The notes under the pieces are model-generated. The model had not been told where the DNA came from. It ran no database searches and saw nothing but the letters and a program-made list of their open reading frames with translations. Below are positions 1 through 9,057 of a stretch of DNA of 64,000 bases, piece after piece. Positions within the stretch are counted from its first letter, which is position 1. Each line of letters begins with the position of its first letter. The translations under genes were made by a program, and so were the position numbers. Origin of the DNA: Clostridiaceae bacterium (GTDB lineage Bacteria > Bacillota > Clostridia > DSM-8532); assembly GCA_012728095.1 (NCBI GenBank), contig JAAYFU010000022.1, forward strand, positions 33,350 through 97,349, in the 5' to 3' direction.

Positions 1-1035
1 AAGGTATTCCCTTACAACATGGCTCTTATTATATTGGGAGTTTCCTTCTCCATCTATTTGATATGTAATTGTGCCCTGCGGATTGGTATCGGTACCCGGT
101 ATATCACCGGCACTGCCGTTAATTAATGTCTCTTCAAGGGTTTCTTCGTTCAGTATCGCATTTTCTTCCGCAACAGGCGGAGCATATCTTGTTGACGTAC
201 TGGTTAACGTATCAAAGTCCAAAACCGCATTAGCAGAAACGCTGATGGTATCAAAATACTCATTCTGCGCTACGCCGATTTTAAAGAACTCATAAACCTT
301 GTTCTCAAGCTCCAGCTGCCTTTGACGCCGCAATTCATCCTGGCTGCTGGCTTTAAGAATATCTGTCCGAGTATAGTCCCTGGACAAAGGGTTAAGCTTA
401 TGATCCACTATAGTTATCCGATCAGCAGGAATACCAAGAGATGCGGCCACAACCTTTGCTGCCGCGTCTACCTGATTCGGAGTAAGCGGTTCCTTGGTTT
501 TCAGCATGACATATGCGCTGCCCTGCTGCTCTTCCGAACCGGGTTTCACCCAATAGGTTTTTTCAGGTTTTGAATACTGAACCGTTGCATTTTCAACATT
601 TTCGAACTTTTTCAGTTTATATACCAAATCATTTGTCAGATAATTTTTCCAGAGTTTTTCCTTATCGCTTTCTGTTGCCGTTAAAGACAATTTGCTCCAT
701 GTGTCCGCAAAAGTAACTTCAGGCGAAACGATCCCCTGGGTAGTCAGGTCAAACTCTATATCTTTTTTTCGCTTGCTGTCAACATATATCTGATTATCGC
801 CTTTTTTAAATTTAATTTTATTTTCGGTCAGATATGAAACCACCGGCTGTAGATTAATGTCCTCCGTGGTATCGAAAAGCGGTACATATTCCACTTTCAG
901 CGTCAGCGCCAGGGTAACGGCAATGGCAAACAGCAAGACACCGGCCATTACATATATTCTTATCTTCTGACTCTTCTCAAGATTACCCCAAAAGCCCTTG
1001 AGCTTATCAAAAAGTTTCTTTATTCCTTCCGGCAT
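1..1035 (-). CDS. fliF: Flagellar M-ring protein FliF, N-terminal portion (gene continues past the window start)
   Basis: Absent from the ORF track because it is open at the window edge. My translation from ATG at 1035 (GGGGGG RBS 7 nt upstream) reads MPEGIKKLFDKLKGFWGNLEKSQKIRIYVMAGVLLFAIAVTLALTL... with an N-terminal TM helix and no stop down to position 1. It lies directly downstream of flgB-flgC-fliE, the conserved Firmicute order. Confidence 0.8.
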   Translation of the reverse strand, partial: MPEGIKKLFDKLKGFWGNLEKSQKIRIYVMAGVLLFAIAVTLALTLKVEYVPLFDTTEDINLQPVVSYLTENKIKFKKGDNQIYVDSKRKKDIEFDLTTQGIVSPEVTFADTWSKLSLTATESDKEKLWKNYLTNDLVYKLKKFENVENATVQYSKPEKTYWVKPGSEEQQGSAYVMLKTKEPLTPNQVDAAAKVVAASLGIPADRITIVDHKLNPLSRDYTRTDILKASSQDELRRQRQLELENKVYEFFKIGVAQNEYFDTISVSANAVLDFDTLTSTSTRYAPPVAEENAILNEETLEETLINGSAGDIPGTDTNPQGTITYQIDGEGNSQYNKSHVVREYL

Positions 1036-1104
1036 AGTTAACCCCCCGATAAAGGTTTTTTCTAAAGTACCTTATGCTTTTATCCGCGGTAAAATAAACA
1101 ACAG

Positions 1105-1401
1105 TTATATCTGCATCCTCATGATTTCCTGGTATGCTTCCATAACCTTATTGCGGACCTCCATAATAAACTGGAGAGATATTGACGCTTTCTCGGCGGC
1201 TATCAGAACCGAATGTATATTATCTGTCCTGCCCGCAATAAAGTCTTCTGTCATTTTTGCAGATTCCTGCTCGAGAGTGTTTACATTATTCAAAGCATCA
1301 AAGAGAATTTCTTTGAAATTAATTTTTCGGTCAGGGTTGTTGACATTCTTCACAGGCGAAGCAATTGCACTGTTTATTGAATTAACGCCTTGCACTGACA
1401 T
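1105..1401 (-). CDS. fliE: Flagellar hook-basal body complex protein FliE
   Basis: 98 aa. The C-terminus ...SLQFIMEVRNKVMEAYQEIMRMQI is FliE-like. Located between flgC and fliF. Confidence 0.9.
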   Translation of the reverse strand: MSVQGVNSINSAIASPVKNVNNPDRKINFKEILFDALNNVNTLEQESAKMTEDFIAGRTDNIHSVLIAAEKASISLQFIMEVRNKVMEAYQEIMRMQI

Positions 1402-1427
1402 TTAGTTAATTCCTCCTGTCCGATAGT

Positions 1428-1874
1428 TTACCGCCCGATTTCAAGCGCCTTTGACGCCATTGACTTGGACGCGTTAAGCGCAGTTACATTGGCTTCATAA
1501 GCACGGGTCGCTGATATCATATTAACCATCTCGGTTACTATCTCAACATTTGGCATCCTGACTATGCCATTTTCATCAGCGTCCGGATGGCTCGGATCAT
1601 ATACTTCTTTAAAAGGTGTGGGATCTTCAACTATTGCCGCAACTCTCACTCCTCCTCCTGCCAAAAAACGCTTGCGGCTTTGTTCTGACAGGTATTGGGA
1701 GAATGGTATATCCGCTTCTTTTTCCTGGAATACCACGGTCTTCCTTCTGTAGGGAGTTCCTTCCTCTGTCCGGGTTGTATTCACATTGGCAATATTCTGT
1801 GCAATTATGTCCATGCGAAGGCGTTGTGCCGTAAGGGCCGATGCGCTGATATTAAAGGCATCAAAGAGTCCCAT
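1428..1874 (-). CDS. flgC: Flagellar basal-body rod protein FlgC
   Basis: 148 aa. N-terminal rod motif SASALTAQRLRMDIIAQNIANVNTT and C-terminal ISATRAYEANVTALN. The order flgB-flgC-fliE supports the call. Confidence 0.93.
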   Translation of the reverse strand: MGLFDAFNISASALTAQRLRMDIIAQNIANVNTTRTEEGTPYRRKTVVFQEKEADIPFSQYLSEQSRKRFLAGGGVRVAAIVEDPTPFKEVYDPSHPDADENGIVRMPNVEIVTEMVNMISATRAYEANVTALNASKSMASKALEIGR

Positions 1875-1876
1875 AA

Positions 1877-2263
1877 TTATTTACCCCCCCGAATTACGGT
1901 TTTCAATTTTTGAAAATCACCGTTCATCCTTTGTATCAATGTGTTGTATCTAATACTGTTAGCAGCCAGTAAAGCCATTTCATGTTCTATGTCCACATTG
2001 TTTCCGTCACTTCTGTATGACGAATTTGACGGATCCTCGATAATCTGCATACCATCTGAGGATAACCTGGTCTTTCCCTGTGAAATCCGGCTTGTCTTCA
2101 TCTCACTGTCAAGAAATTCTTCAAAGATAACCACTTTTCTTTTATATCCGGGTGTGTCAACATTGGCTATGTTTTGCGAAATGACATTATTTCTGAGCCA
2201 GGCTGCGTCAAGCCCTCGTTCCATCATAACGCTATTCTTTGTAAACAGAAGATTGGACAGCAC
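1877..2263 (-). CDS. flgB: Flagellar basal-body rod protein FlgB
   Basis: 128 aa, GTG start with a GAAGGAG RBS. Rod motif NVISQNIANVDTPGYKRK. First gene of the flagellar cluster, preceded by a long AT-rich intergenic region. Confidence 0.9.
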   Translation of the reverse strand: MLSNLLFTKNSVMMERGLDAAWLRNNVISQNIANVDTPGYKRKVVIFEEFLDSEMKTSRISQGKTRLSSDGMQIIEDPSNSSYRSDGNNVDIEHEMALLAANSIRYNTLIQRMNGDFQKLKTVIRGGK

Positions 2264-2599
2264 AGAATCACTCCTTCAAATGGTTTATAACAACCACCTT
2301 ATCATTAGTATAAAATTAGGTATACAAAAACAAACAATATATGTACCTATACTAGAATATACCACAATATTATGACAGGTACAATAAATGTTCTACAATA
2401 TATACTATATTATTTCTTTTATTCTCTCATATTTTGATGAAAATTGTCAAATATTTCTTGGTTTCTTTATAACTGCAAAAACAGGCTACATTGTTTTTAC
2501 GGATCTTTAAAATATTTAATTATTATTCCGTTTTCACCATAACTTTCTACTTATAAATAGACTGGCAAGAGCAATAATAAGCATTGAGGAGGTGAGATA

Positions 2600-2815
2600 A
2601 TGGCAAATAATAATTCAAGAAGCAAAACTCAGTTTGACAACATGAAGTATGAGATTGCCGGCCAGCTTGGCATTAACTTAAAGCAAGGTTATAATGGTGA
2701 CTTAACTTCCCGTGAAGCCGGAACAATCGGCGGTAATATCGTTAAAAAGGTATTCCAGACTTATACCGGAAATCAGTATCCTCAGTATGATACAAACCAA
2801 CAACAGAATAAATAA
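2600..2815 (+). CDS. Small acid-soluble spore protein, alpha/beta type
   Basis: 71 aa. KYEIAGQLGINL and LTSREAGTIGGNIVKK match the two conserved blocks of alpha/beta SASPs. Strong RBS GAGGAGG; a hairpin terminator follows. Confidence 0.9.
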   Translation: MANNNSRSKTQFDNMKYEIAGQLGINLKQGYNGDLTSREAGTIGGNIVKKVFQTYTGNQYPQYDTNQQQNK

Positions 2816-2827
2816 GATTTAACGTAT

Positions 2828-2870
2828 AAAAGGGGCTGTATCGTGAAACCGATGGGGCCCCTTTATTATT
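2828..2870 (+). terminator. Rho-independent terminator of the SASP gene
   Basis: AAAAGGGGC (2828-2836) pairs with GCCCCTTT (2857-2864), with an inner ATCG/CGAT stem, followed by TTATTATTT. Confidence 0.7.
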
Positions 2871-2974
2871 TATTGAAAAACTGTTTTTCAGACCATATTA
2901 TTAAAATTGACTTTACAAGTTCGGCACAGTATTTTTCCGGTCAAATCAGAGCCGGGGAAGTCTGATTTTATTCT

Positions 2975-3460
2975 TTATTCATCGTCTTCCTCGCTGGCTT
3001 TGAGATTGAGCTTCTCAACCGATGGTTTATCTTCTTCGGTCTTTTCATGATGTTTTTGTTCTTTTTCTTTCCTGGAACCGGGTTCGAAAGCCTTTTTAAG
3101 CTGTTCGATAATTTGCGGTATATTGTCCAAAGCTCTGTCAAGCGCTGCATGCGGCGAGGCAGGAATCATTTTTATCGTGTTATTTCTGCCCACAATCATA
3201 AAAGCAACCGGATTTATGCTTACACCTGCACCGCTGCCTCCGGCAAAGGGAAAAGCGTTGGTCTCGGCTCTTTTATTATTGCTGAATTCTCCGCCGCCGG
3301 CGGCAAAACCAAAAGCTACTTTTGAAACGGGTATGATAACCGTCCCGTCAACTGTCTGAACCGCATCGCCTACGATAGTATTCACATCTACCATTTCTTT
3401 AATGCTTTCCATGGCCGTTTTCATCAGTTCTTCAATTGGATGCTGTCCCATATTTTTCAT
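2975..3460 (-). CDS. ytfJ: Sporulation protein YtfJ (GerW family)
   Basis: 161 aa. IVGDAVQTVDGTVIIPVSKVAFGFAAGGGEF...FAGGSGAGVSINPVAFMIV is the GerW/YtfJ signature. It overlaps the ytfI stop, as in the ytfI-ytfJ operon. The start could instead be the ATG at 3451. Confidence 0.88.
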   Translation of the reverse strand: MKNMGQHPIEELMKTAMESIKEMVDVNTIVGDAVQTVDGTVIIPVSKVAFGFAAGGGEFSNNKRAETNAFPFAGGSGAGVSINPVAFMIVGRNNTIKMIPASPHAALDRALDNIPQIIEQLKKAFEPGSRKEKEQKHHEKTEEDKPSVEKLNLKASEEDDE

Positions 3461-4022
3461 TTTCTCCTTTCCCTATTTTGTCTAAATAATCATTGACTAT
3501 CAGTTTTATAATATGGATTATTCTTATTCTTAATATGCAGGAAATACGAAAATCCGGCGTTTCTTTTTGAAAATCAGGATAAAAATCCAAAACCAGGTTT
3601 TTTTGTGGAATAAAAGGCATTAATGCCCCGACAGCGCTCCAAACATTACCATAAAGCAACGCGGTCAATGCGGCATTTTTTGTTGATATCCGTCCCTTTA
3701 CGGATAATATGAAAATCTCTAAATTCTCTTTCAGATGGTTATAGGTATCTTTTGAGAAAAAGAGATTCAGTATGGCTGAGATTCTTCCTTTTTTCTTTTT
3801 TTTGTCTTCGGGTACCTGCTTCTTTTTTTTCAAAAAAAAGTCCAGGCCGCCTTCTTTTAAATTCCAGGAAAAAAGCTTGAGAAATCGGTACAACATTACC
3901 TTAATCTCAATTTGGAATCCGTCGGAATCAAAAGAAATCGCCACCATGAAAGACAGCCTTGAAAATAATATTGTAATTATAATAAGTAAAATAAAAGCTA
4001 TAAAAATAGCCAGAAAAACCAT
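3432..4022 (-). CDS. ytfI: YtfI-like sporulation protein (DUF2953)
   Basis: 196 aa with an N-terminal TM helix and a Lys-rich linker (LKKKKQVPEDKKKKKG). Lies directly upstream of ytfJ. Confidence 0.7.
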   Translation of the reverse strand: MVFLAIFIAFILLIIITILFSRLSFMVAISFDSDGFQIEIKVMLYRFLKLFSWNLKEGGLDFFLKKKKQVPEDKKKKKGRISAILNLFFSKDTYNHLKENLEIFILSVKGRISTKNAALTALLYGNVWSAVGALMPFIPQKNLVLDFYPDFQKETPDFRISCILRIRIIHIIKLIVNDYLDKIGKGENEKYGTASN

Positions 4023-4076
4023 ACGTACCTCCGTACTATATGTTTTCCGGCCTATAGTAATTTATTCCAAGTATTT

Positions 4077-4637
4077 TTAATCCAAGGGAATATTATCATA
4101 CACTTCGGGTATCTCATTCATAGCCAGCGGCGGAAGATCATTAAGGCTTGAAAAACCGAAAACACGAAGAAATTCCTCGGTCGTGGCATATAACTTTGGC
4201 TTTCCGGGAGCATCGTCGCGGCCTACTTCCTGGATAAGGTTTCTTTCCATCAGCTTCATCAGAACGCCATCGCAGTTTACCCCTCTTATCTGTTCTATGT
4301 AAGCTCTTGTAACCGGCTGATTATATGCCACTATCGCCAACGTTTCGTATGCCTGCGGCGTTAACCCCTGCTTTTTCCTTACAGTTCCCAACCGCTGCAC
4401 ATACTCATCAAGCTCGGGTTTGGTACAAAGCTGATATGCGTTGTTTATCTCCCTTAGCATGATTCCACGGGAAGTATTCTGATATTTGTATTGCAAATTT
4501 GATAAAATGACCTTTGTGGTTTTTTTATCGTGTCCGATTATTTCAGCGATTTTTTCCAATGGAACCGGATCTCCCGAGGCAAACAGCAAAGCCTCTATTA
4601 TTGTCTCAGCGTCTTTTAAAGAGTCCATATTATTCAT
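4077..4637 (-). CDS. scpB: Segregation and condensation protein B
   Basis: 186 aa. IIEALLFASGDPVPLEKIAEII and ETLAIVAYNQPVTRAYIEQIRGV are ScpB winged-helix motifs. Overlaps the scpA stop. Confidence 0.93.
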   Translation of the reverse strand: MNNMDSLKDAETIIEALLFASGDPVPLEKIAEIIGHDKKTTKVILSNLQYKYQNTSRGIMLREINNAYQLCTKPELDEYVQRLGTVRKKQGLTPQAYETLAIVAYNQPVTRAYIEQIRGVNCDGVLMKLMERNLIQEVGRDDAPGKPKLYATTEEFLRVFGFSSLNDLPPLAMNEIPEVYDNIPLD

Positions 4638-5427
4638 CCTCTGTTATTGACATTGAATCATAATTATTCTCTCTTTTGGTATTCGGCGTCAGATATATTT
4701 CTCCGAATTCGACGTTTTGATGTATTGTGGCCCGTCCTGCCCTGACAACTTCCAATGCTGCCAAAAAACCGGTGGCCACTTCAAGACGGCTCTTCTCTCT
4801 TAGATTATATAATTTCGAAAAACACAACCTGACCCCGCTTTTTAAGAATCCCAGGATTTCTTTCACTTTTGTCCTTAACGATACTTTTTCCTGGTTTAAG
4901 ATTCGTTTCATTTTCCTAGAAACATCATTCATTCTTTCATTATATCTTTTTAATACATTAATCATGCAAGTTCTCAGGGTTTCAGGGGAGGCCTCCAACT
5001 CCTCATGCTCAATTATGTCCGGAATGGCCTCCGGCAGCTTATAATGCGCGCCGCTCCACTTTTTCTCCCTTTCGGCCAGCATTGTTGAACACTCTTTATA
5101 CTTCTTATATTCCAGGAGTTTTATAATCAATTCTTCACGCGGATCGGCCGTTTCGCTTTCCTCTTCCGGCAAAGACTCCCGCTTGGGCAGGAGCATTCTG
5201 GATTTAATATGAAGCAGTGTTGCCGCCATGACCAAAAACTCGGAAGCAATCTCCAGATCCAACTCCTGCATGGCGTTAAGATAATCCAAATACTGTTCTG
5301 TAATTTCCAGGATGGGAATGTCGTATATATCTATCTTGTTTTTTTCAATCAGATAAAACAATAAATCAAAAGGCCCTTCAAAATTTTGAAGTTTTAAGGT
5401 ACAGGCATCGGTCAGCGCGCTTTTCAT
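4630..5427 (-). CDS. scpA: Segregation and condensation protein A (kleisin)
   Basis: 265 aa. FEGPFDLLFYLIEKNKIDIYDIPILEITEQY is the typical ScpA N-terminus. Paired with scpB. Confidence 0.93.
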   Translation of the reverse strand: MKSALTDACTLKLQNFEGPFDLLFYLIEKNKIDIYDIPILEITEQYLDYLNAMQELDLEIASEFLVMAATLLHIKSRMLLPKRESLPEEESETADPREELIIKLLEYKKYKECSTMLAEREKKWSGAHYKLPEAIPDIIEHEELEASPETLRTCMINVLKRYNERMNDVSRKMKRILNQEKVSLRTKVKEILGFLKSGVRLCFSKLYNLREKSRLEVATGFLAALEVVRAGRATIHQNVEFGEIYLTPNTKRENNYDSMSITEDE

Positions 5428-5436
5428 GATATCCCC

Positions 5437-6432
5437 TTATATCCAGTCAATTTTCATGACCCGGCGAACCTCTGCCATGGTCTCTTCTGCCTTCATCCTA
5501 GCCTTTTTATTGCCTTCAATGATGATATCCTTAATATCATCGGTTCGCTTCAGCCATTGCTGCCTTCTTTCATATATTGGTGTCAATAATTCGGCAATAT
5601 TGTCGGCCAGCTTTTTCTTGCATGCTACGCAGCCAATCTTGCCGTTTCTGCAGTCATGCTCAATTTCAGCCACCTGATCCTCTGAAAAGAGCTTATGGTA
5701 TGAAAAGACTGAACAAACCTCCGGATGCCCCGGATCGGTTTTGTGTATACGGGCAGGATCCGTAACCATACTCATTATCTTTTTCCTGACAACGTCAGGA
5801 CTATCTGATAACGCAATGGTATTATTATAGCTCTTGCTCATTTTCCGCCCGTCCAACCCCGGCAAAACCTTAGCCTTCGTCAAAAGCGGCTGGGGTTCAG
5901 GAAAGACTTCCGATTTATATAAATAATTAAATCTCCTCGCGATTTCCCTGGTTATTTCCAAATGGGGAAGTTGATCCTCTCCAACAGGCACGAAATCTGC
6001 CTTGTACATAAGAATATCCGTAGCCATAAGACATGGATAACCCAAAAAACCATATGTCGCAATATTCTTATCCTTAAGCTGGGTAAGCTGATCCTTGTAT
6101 GTGGGACATCTGTAAAGCCAGGACAATGGTAAATTCATTGAAAACAGCAAATGAAGTTCCGCGTGTTCCTTAATACAGCTCTGGACAAAAAAAGTACATT
6201 TTTCAGGGTCAAGGCCCGCTGCCAGCCAGTCAACCAACAGATTGGTAATGTTATCCTTGTAATCATCGGTATTTTCATAGCCGGTAGTCAAGGCGTGATA
6301 GTCAGCAACAAAGAAATAACAATTATATTTATCCTGAAGCCTTATCCAGTTTTCCAAAGCTCCGAAATAATTGCCCAGATGCAGGGCGCCGGTTGGTCTC
6401 ATTCCGCTTAATACTGTACCTTTTTTATCCAT
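5437..6432 (-). CDS. trpS: Tryptophan--tRNA ligase
   Basis: 331 aa. Class I motifs GALHLGNYFGA (HIGH-like) and KMSKS are present; size and overall sequence fit TrpS. Confidence 0.93.
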   Translation of the reverse strand: MDKKGTVLSGMRPTGALHLGNYFGALENWIRLQDKYNCYFFVADYHALTTGYENTDDYKDNITNLLVDWLAAGLDPEKCTFFVQSCIKEHAELHLLFSMNLPLSWLYRCPTYKDQLTQLKDKNIATYGFLGYPCLMATDILMYKADFVPVGEDQLPHLEITREIARRFNYLYKSEVFPEPQPLLTKAKVLPGLDGRKMSKSYNNTIALSDSPDVVRKKIMSMVTDPARIHKTDPGHPEVCSVFSYHKLFSEDQVAEIEHDCRNGKIGCVACKKKLADNIAELLTPIYERRQQWLKRTDDIKDIIIEGNKKARMKAEETMAEVRRVMKIDWI

Positions 6433-6469
6433 GATTTCACTCCTGGGAACTTAATTTCTATCACCTTAT

Positions 6470-6497
6470 GTTATATTATTTTTCAATATATAGTCAA
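6470..6497 (-). promoter_or_regulatory. Candidate sigma-A promoter of trpS
   Basis: Minus strand: TTGACT (6497-6492), 16-nt spacer, TATAAC (6475-6470), about 40 nt upstream of the trpS ATG. Confidence 0.35.
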
Positions 6498-6590
6498 GTA
6501 CCAAACCGACAAGTTTCAGCCATAGGGACGGTTATCATGGTTATTTATATCCGGGCACAAGGCTTCTCGTTGAAATAAGCCGATCTGCCA

Positions 6591-6727
6591 CTGTCATATT
6601 GAGCGGGCATTAGCGAAGTAGAAGGAACTTAAACGTCAACGCGAAGGATTCTTCGCTTCGCTCAGAATGACATAAGGGGAGCAAGATCCTTCCCAGATGC
6701 CACGATGACATAGGAGGCGGGGCAAGG
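6591..6727. repeat. Intergenic palindromic repeat locus A (GTCATTCTGAGCG...GAATC family)
   Basis: A forward half GTCATATTGAGCGGGCATTAGCGAAGTAGAAGG (6593-6625) faces a reverse half GATTCTTCGCTTCGCTCAGAATGAC (6647-6671). A further degenerate reverse half GATCCTTCCCAGATGCCACGATGAC follows, and GGCGGGGCAAGG is the reverse complement of CCTTGCCCCCGCC at 31004-31016. Confidence 0.8.
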
Positions 6728-6762
6728 TTGGTCAGAAAATTTTATTCTTGTACTAAAAATTC

Positions 6763-6791
6763 TTGCATTGGGAAATACTTCGTGATATTAT
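6763..6791 (+). promoter_or_regulatory. Candidate sigma-A promoter of rpsT
   Basis: TTGCAT (6763-6768), 17-nt spacer, TATTAT (6786-6791), about 35 nt upstream of the rpsT ATG. Confidence 0.55.
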
Positions 6792-6827
6792 ATTGTGTGT
6801 TGCACAAAGCAGTAGGAGGTGAGCATA

Positions 6828-7094
6828 ATGCCTAATATTAAATCAGCCATGAAGAGAGTAAAGGTAAGCAAAAAGAAAAATTTGCAGAACCGTATTAAGA
6901 AGTCCGAGCTTAAAACAACTCTTCGTAAATTTCGTGAAGCTATTGAAGCAAAATCACCTGAGGCCGAGAATTTGCTTAAGCTCGCAATAAAAAAGATAGA
7001 TCAGGCTGTTTCAAAGAATATTATTCATAAGAATACCGCCTCCAGAAAGAAATCTCAGCTTCAAAGGGCTTTTAATGCAATGATGGCTGAATAA
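6828..7094 (+). CDS. rpsT: 30S ribosomal protein S20
   Basis: MPNIKSAMKRVKVSKKKNLQNR... is the canonical S20 N-terminus. I prefer ATG 6828 (AGGAGG RBS at 6813-6818) over the track start at 6819. Confidence 0.93.
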   Translation: MPNIKSAMKRVKVSKKKNLQNRIKKSELKTTLRKFREAIEAKSPEAENLLKLAIKKIDQAVSKNIIHKNTASRKKSQLQRAFNAMMAE

Positions 7095-7128
7095 TAACAG
7101 TAATAGCCTTAAATAAAACATAAAAAAC

Positions 7129-7153
7129 AAAACGTACCTAAGGTACGTTTTTT
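7129..7153. terminator. Bidirectional rho-independent terminator (rpsT and spoIIIAH converge here)
   Basis: AAAACGTACC-TAA-GGTACGTTTT perfect hairpin, flanked by an A-run on one side and a T-run on the other. Confidence 0.85.
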
Positions 7154-7193
7154 GCATTTTATGGCCTGATTGGGCATTAAGACGGTTTTGACG

Positions 7194-7775
7194 CTACTCA
7201 ACGTTTTTCACCGTTATTTTATCCATGGTTACGTCGGCATGGCGCATTACAATATCACATATTTGGGCTACTTCCTGGGCAGTAAGGCTGGGGGCTTTAA
7301 CCAGCACATCCACGTTGTTGGTGTCGCTCATATATGCAATTGCGTCTTCAAATCCCTTCTGTTTCACCAAAGTCTCCACCGTACTTTCAGCCTCTGCCCT
7401 TCTGATTAAGGCAAGCAGTTGCTCCTGCGCTTCCAGGGATGTCATTCCGGAAGAGGTGGCGATAGCCCCGTTTTCAGCCTGAAGCAAAACTTTTAACTCG
7501 TCCTTTTGCCTGCTCCTGGCTTTGTCCCTCTCCATGCGCGCCTCAGCAAAAAAGCCTTCTGCCTGCTGTGCCAGAACCGTTGCTTCGTCAATCTCGGCAG
7601 TGTCCGAATTCTCTACATAAACAGCCGCTCCCGGTACTTCCTCATAATCTATATCTTTATCGAGGGCCAGGTCTAATTTTGCTGACTCTCCTGAAGTATT
7701 ATAGTTGTACTGCAGTATCCCTACTGAAATTATGACCAGTACCAATCCAAGTACAACAATTTGTTTTCTTTTCAT
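7194..7775 (-). CDS. spoIIIAH: Stage III sporulation protein AH
   Basis: 193 aa with an N-terminal TM helix and an acidic coiled region. Last gene of an eight-gene spoIIIA cluster. Confidence 0.85.
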   Translation of the reverse strand: MKRKQIVVLGLVLVIISVGILQYNYNTSGESAKLDLALDKDIDYEEVPGAAVYVENSDTAEIDEATVLAQQAEGFFAEARMERDKARSRQKDELKVLLQAENGAIATSSGMTSLEAQEQLLALIRRAEAESTVETLVKQKGFEDAIAYMSDTNNVDVLVKAPSLTAQEVAQICDIVMRHADVTMDKITVKNVE

Positions 7776-7894
7776 ACCTTTCCCTCCAGTCGGTTTTATA
7801 GAAAGTTGTGTCCGCTTTCTATAACGAAATAAAGTTTTCTTCCACCTTAAAAGGCGGAGTTTTTCTTATATAAAATTATATTTGCGTTGACACC

Positions 7895-8494
7895 CTATTT
7901 ATGCTTCAATATCTGAACTCTGTGTTCGGGGATCCCAAGGAGAGTGCAAACCGCATTGTTCAGTTGGGCTTTAACCAGGACGTCATCGGCTCCCTCTGCT
8001 ACAACAATTACTCCTTTTATTTGGGGAATAATCACTTTAAGGATAACAGGCTCATCAGTACCGGCTAAAGCAAGCTGCCTGGTCTCGCTGACTTCCAACG
8101 ATCTGCCGTCAACTCTTTCATCATTCCTGGTATCCTGTATATCGTTATAGGCCGGTACCTGCTCACTGCTGGTATCGGCATAAACCATGACGCTGACCTG
8201 TCCGGCCCCCTCTACTTTTGACAAAAGCTCCGATAGTCTTCTTTCTATATCAGCGACAATTTCCTGTCCTTCTAAAGAATAACCGGATTGTACCGTCTTT
8301 TTTTCCGGACCAGGCAGACTGCCTCCTTCATTCATGGTATCCTCGGTATCATTTGATTTTGCCAGGTAGCTGCCTGCCAGAATAATGATTACACCGATCA
8401 GCACTATCAATATCAGATTCTCTATGGTTGAAAGCTTCCTTTTCCCGTCCTTTTCCTTGTTCCTGACAAAAAAACCCGTTATTCCTTTAAACAT
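7895..8494 (-). CDS. spoIIIAG: Stage III sporulation protein AG
   Basis: One TM helix, then ...GAGQVSVMVYADTS...IKGVIVVAEGADD...LLGIPEHRVQI, typical of SpoIIIAG. I prefer ATG 8494 (GGAGGA RBS 8 nt upstream, 4 nt after the spoIIIAF stop) over the track start at 8527. Confidence 0.85.
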   Translation of the reverse strand: MFKGITGFFVRNKEKDGKRKLSTIENLILIVLIGVIIILAGSYLAKSNDTEDTMNEGGSLPGPEKKTVQSGYSLEGQEIVADIERRLSELLSKVEGAGQVSVMVYADTSSEQVPAYNDIQDTRNDERVDGRSLEVSETRQLALAGTDEPVILKVIIPQIKGVIVVAEGADDVLVKAQLNNAVCTLLGIPEHRVQILKHK

Positions 8495-8498
8495 AAAC

Positions 8499-9056
8499 CT
8501 ATCCTCCACTAAATGCGCTAATGTCAATGATTATCTGACTGTCTTCAATGGCAAAAGCTTCCTTAAGCTGATTTTTAATATAAGTAACAGTTTGGGGGTT
8601 TATAGTTTTCGTCCTGTTGCCGTCAGCCGGTTTAAGACTTAAATAGAGGCTTCTTATTAATCCGAATCTTTCATCCCTGGGGTCTTCGTACAATACTGCG
8701 TCTGCATTTGCGATAATAAACTCGCTGTGTCCTTTAAACCGTGTTTTAACGTCATTGATAAGAGAAATCCTGTATAGTTCCAGTATTTGGCCCAAATCCT
8801 CTTCCTGGAGCCTTGTAACCCTGTTTTTAAATTCCTTCTCCGACATCTTTACATATTGGTTCCACGCTATGCTGTCAATTTCAAAATCCCCTTTCAGCAA
8901 ATTTAAAGCAGGCTTAATAATAACAACGGTTACGACCAATCCGCAAACAAGCTTTACATACTTGCTGAGATTGCCCTGAGGCGCGAATTTCTCGATTATT
9001 GAACAAACGATTGTAATTGAGACTAACGTTATAACCCAGGTTCTTAAACCATCCAT
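8499..9056 (-). CDS. spoIIIAF: Stage III sporulation protein AF
   Basis: 185 aa with two N-terminal TM helices (WVITLVSITIVCSIIE..., LVCGLVVTVVIIKP). Position in the operon supports the call. Confidence 0.8.
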   Translation of the reverse strand: MDGLRTWVITLVSITIVCSIIEKFAPQGNLSKYVKLVCGLVVTVVIIKPALNLLKGDFEIDSIAWNQYVKMSEKEFKNRVTRLQEEDLGQILELYRISLINDVKTRFKGHSEFIIANADAVLYEDPRDERFGLIRSLYLSLKPADGNRTKTINPQTVTYIKNQLKEAFAIEDSQIIIDISAFSGG

Positions 9057-9057
9057 T

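Noticed and set aside
2264-2599. c-di-GMP (GEMM) riboswitch or other structured leader upstream of flgB
   Set aside because: The region is very AT-rich, with no G+C-rich conserved helices. Several sigma-A-like hexamer pairs can be drawn, but none stands out, so no promoter is called.
6433-6560. T-box leader upstream of trpS
   Set aside because: The candidate promoter is only about 40 nt from the ATG. No T-box sequence (complement of ...GGUGGUACCGCG...) or specifier/antiterminator helices are visible.
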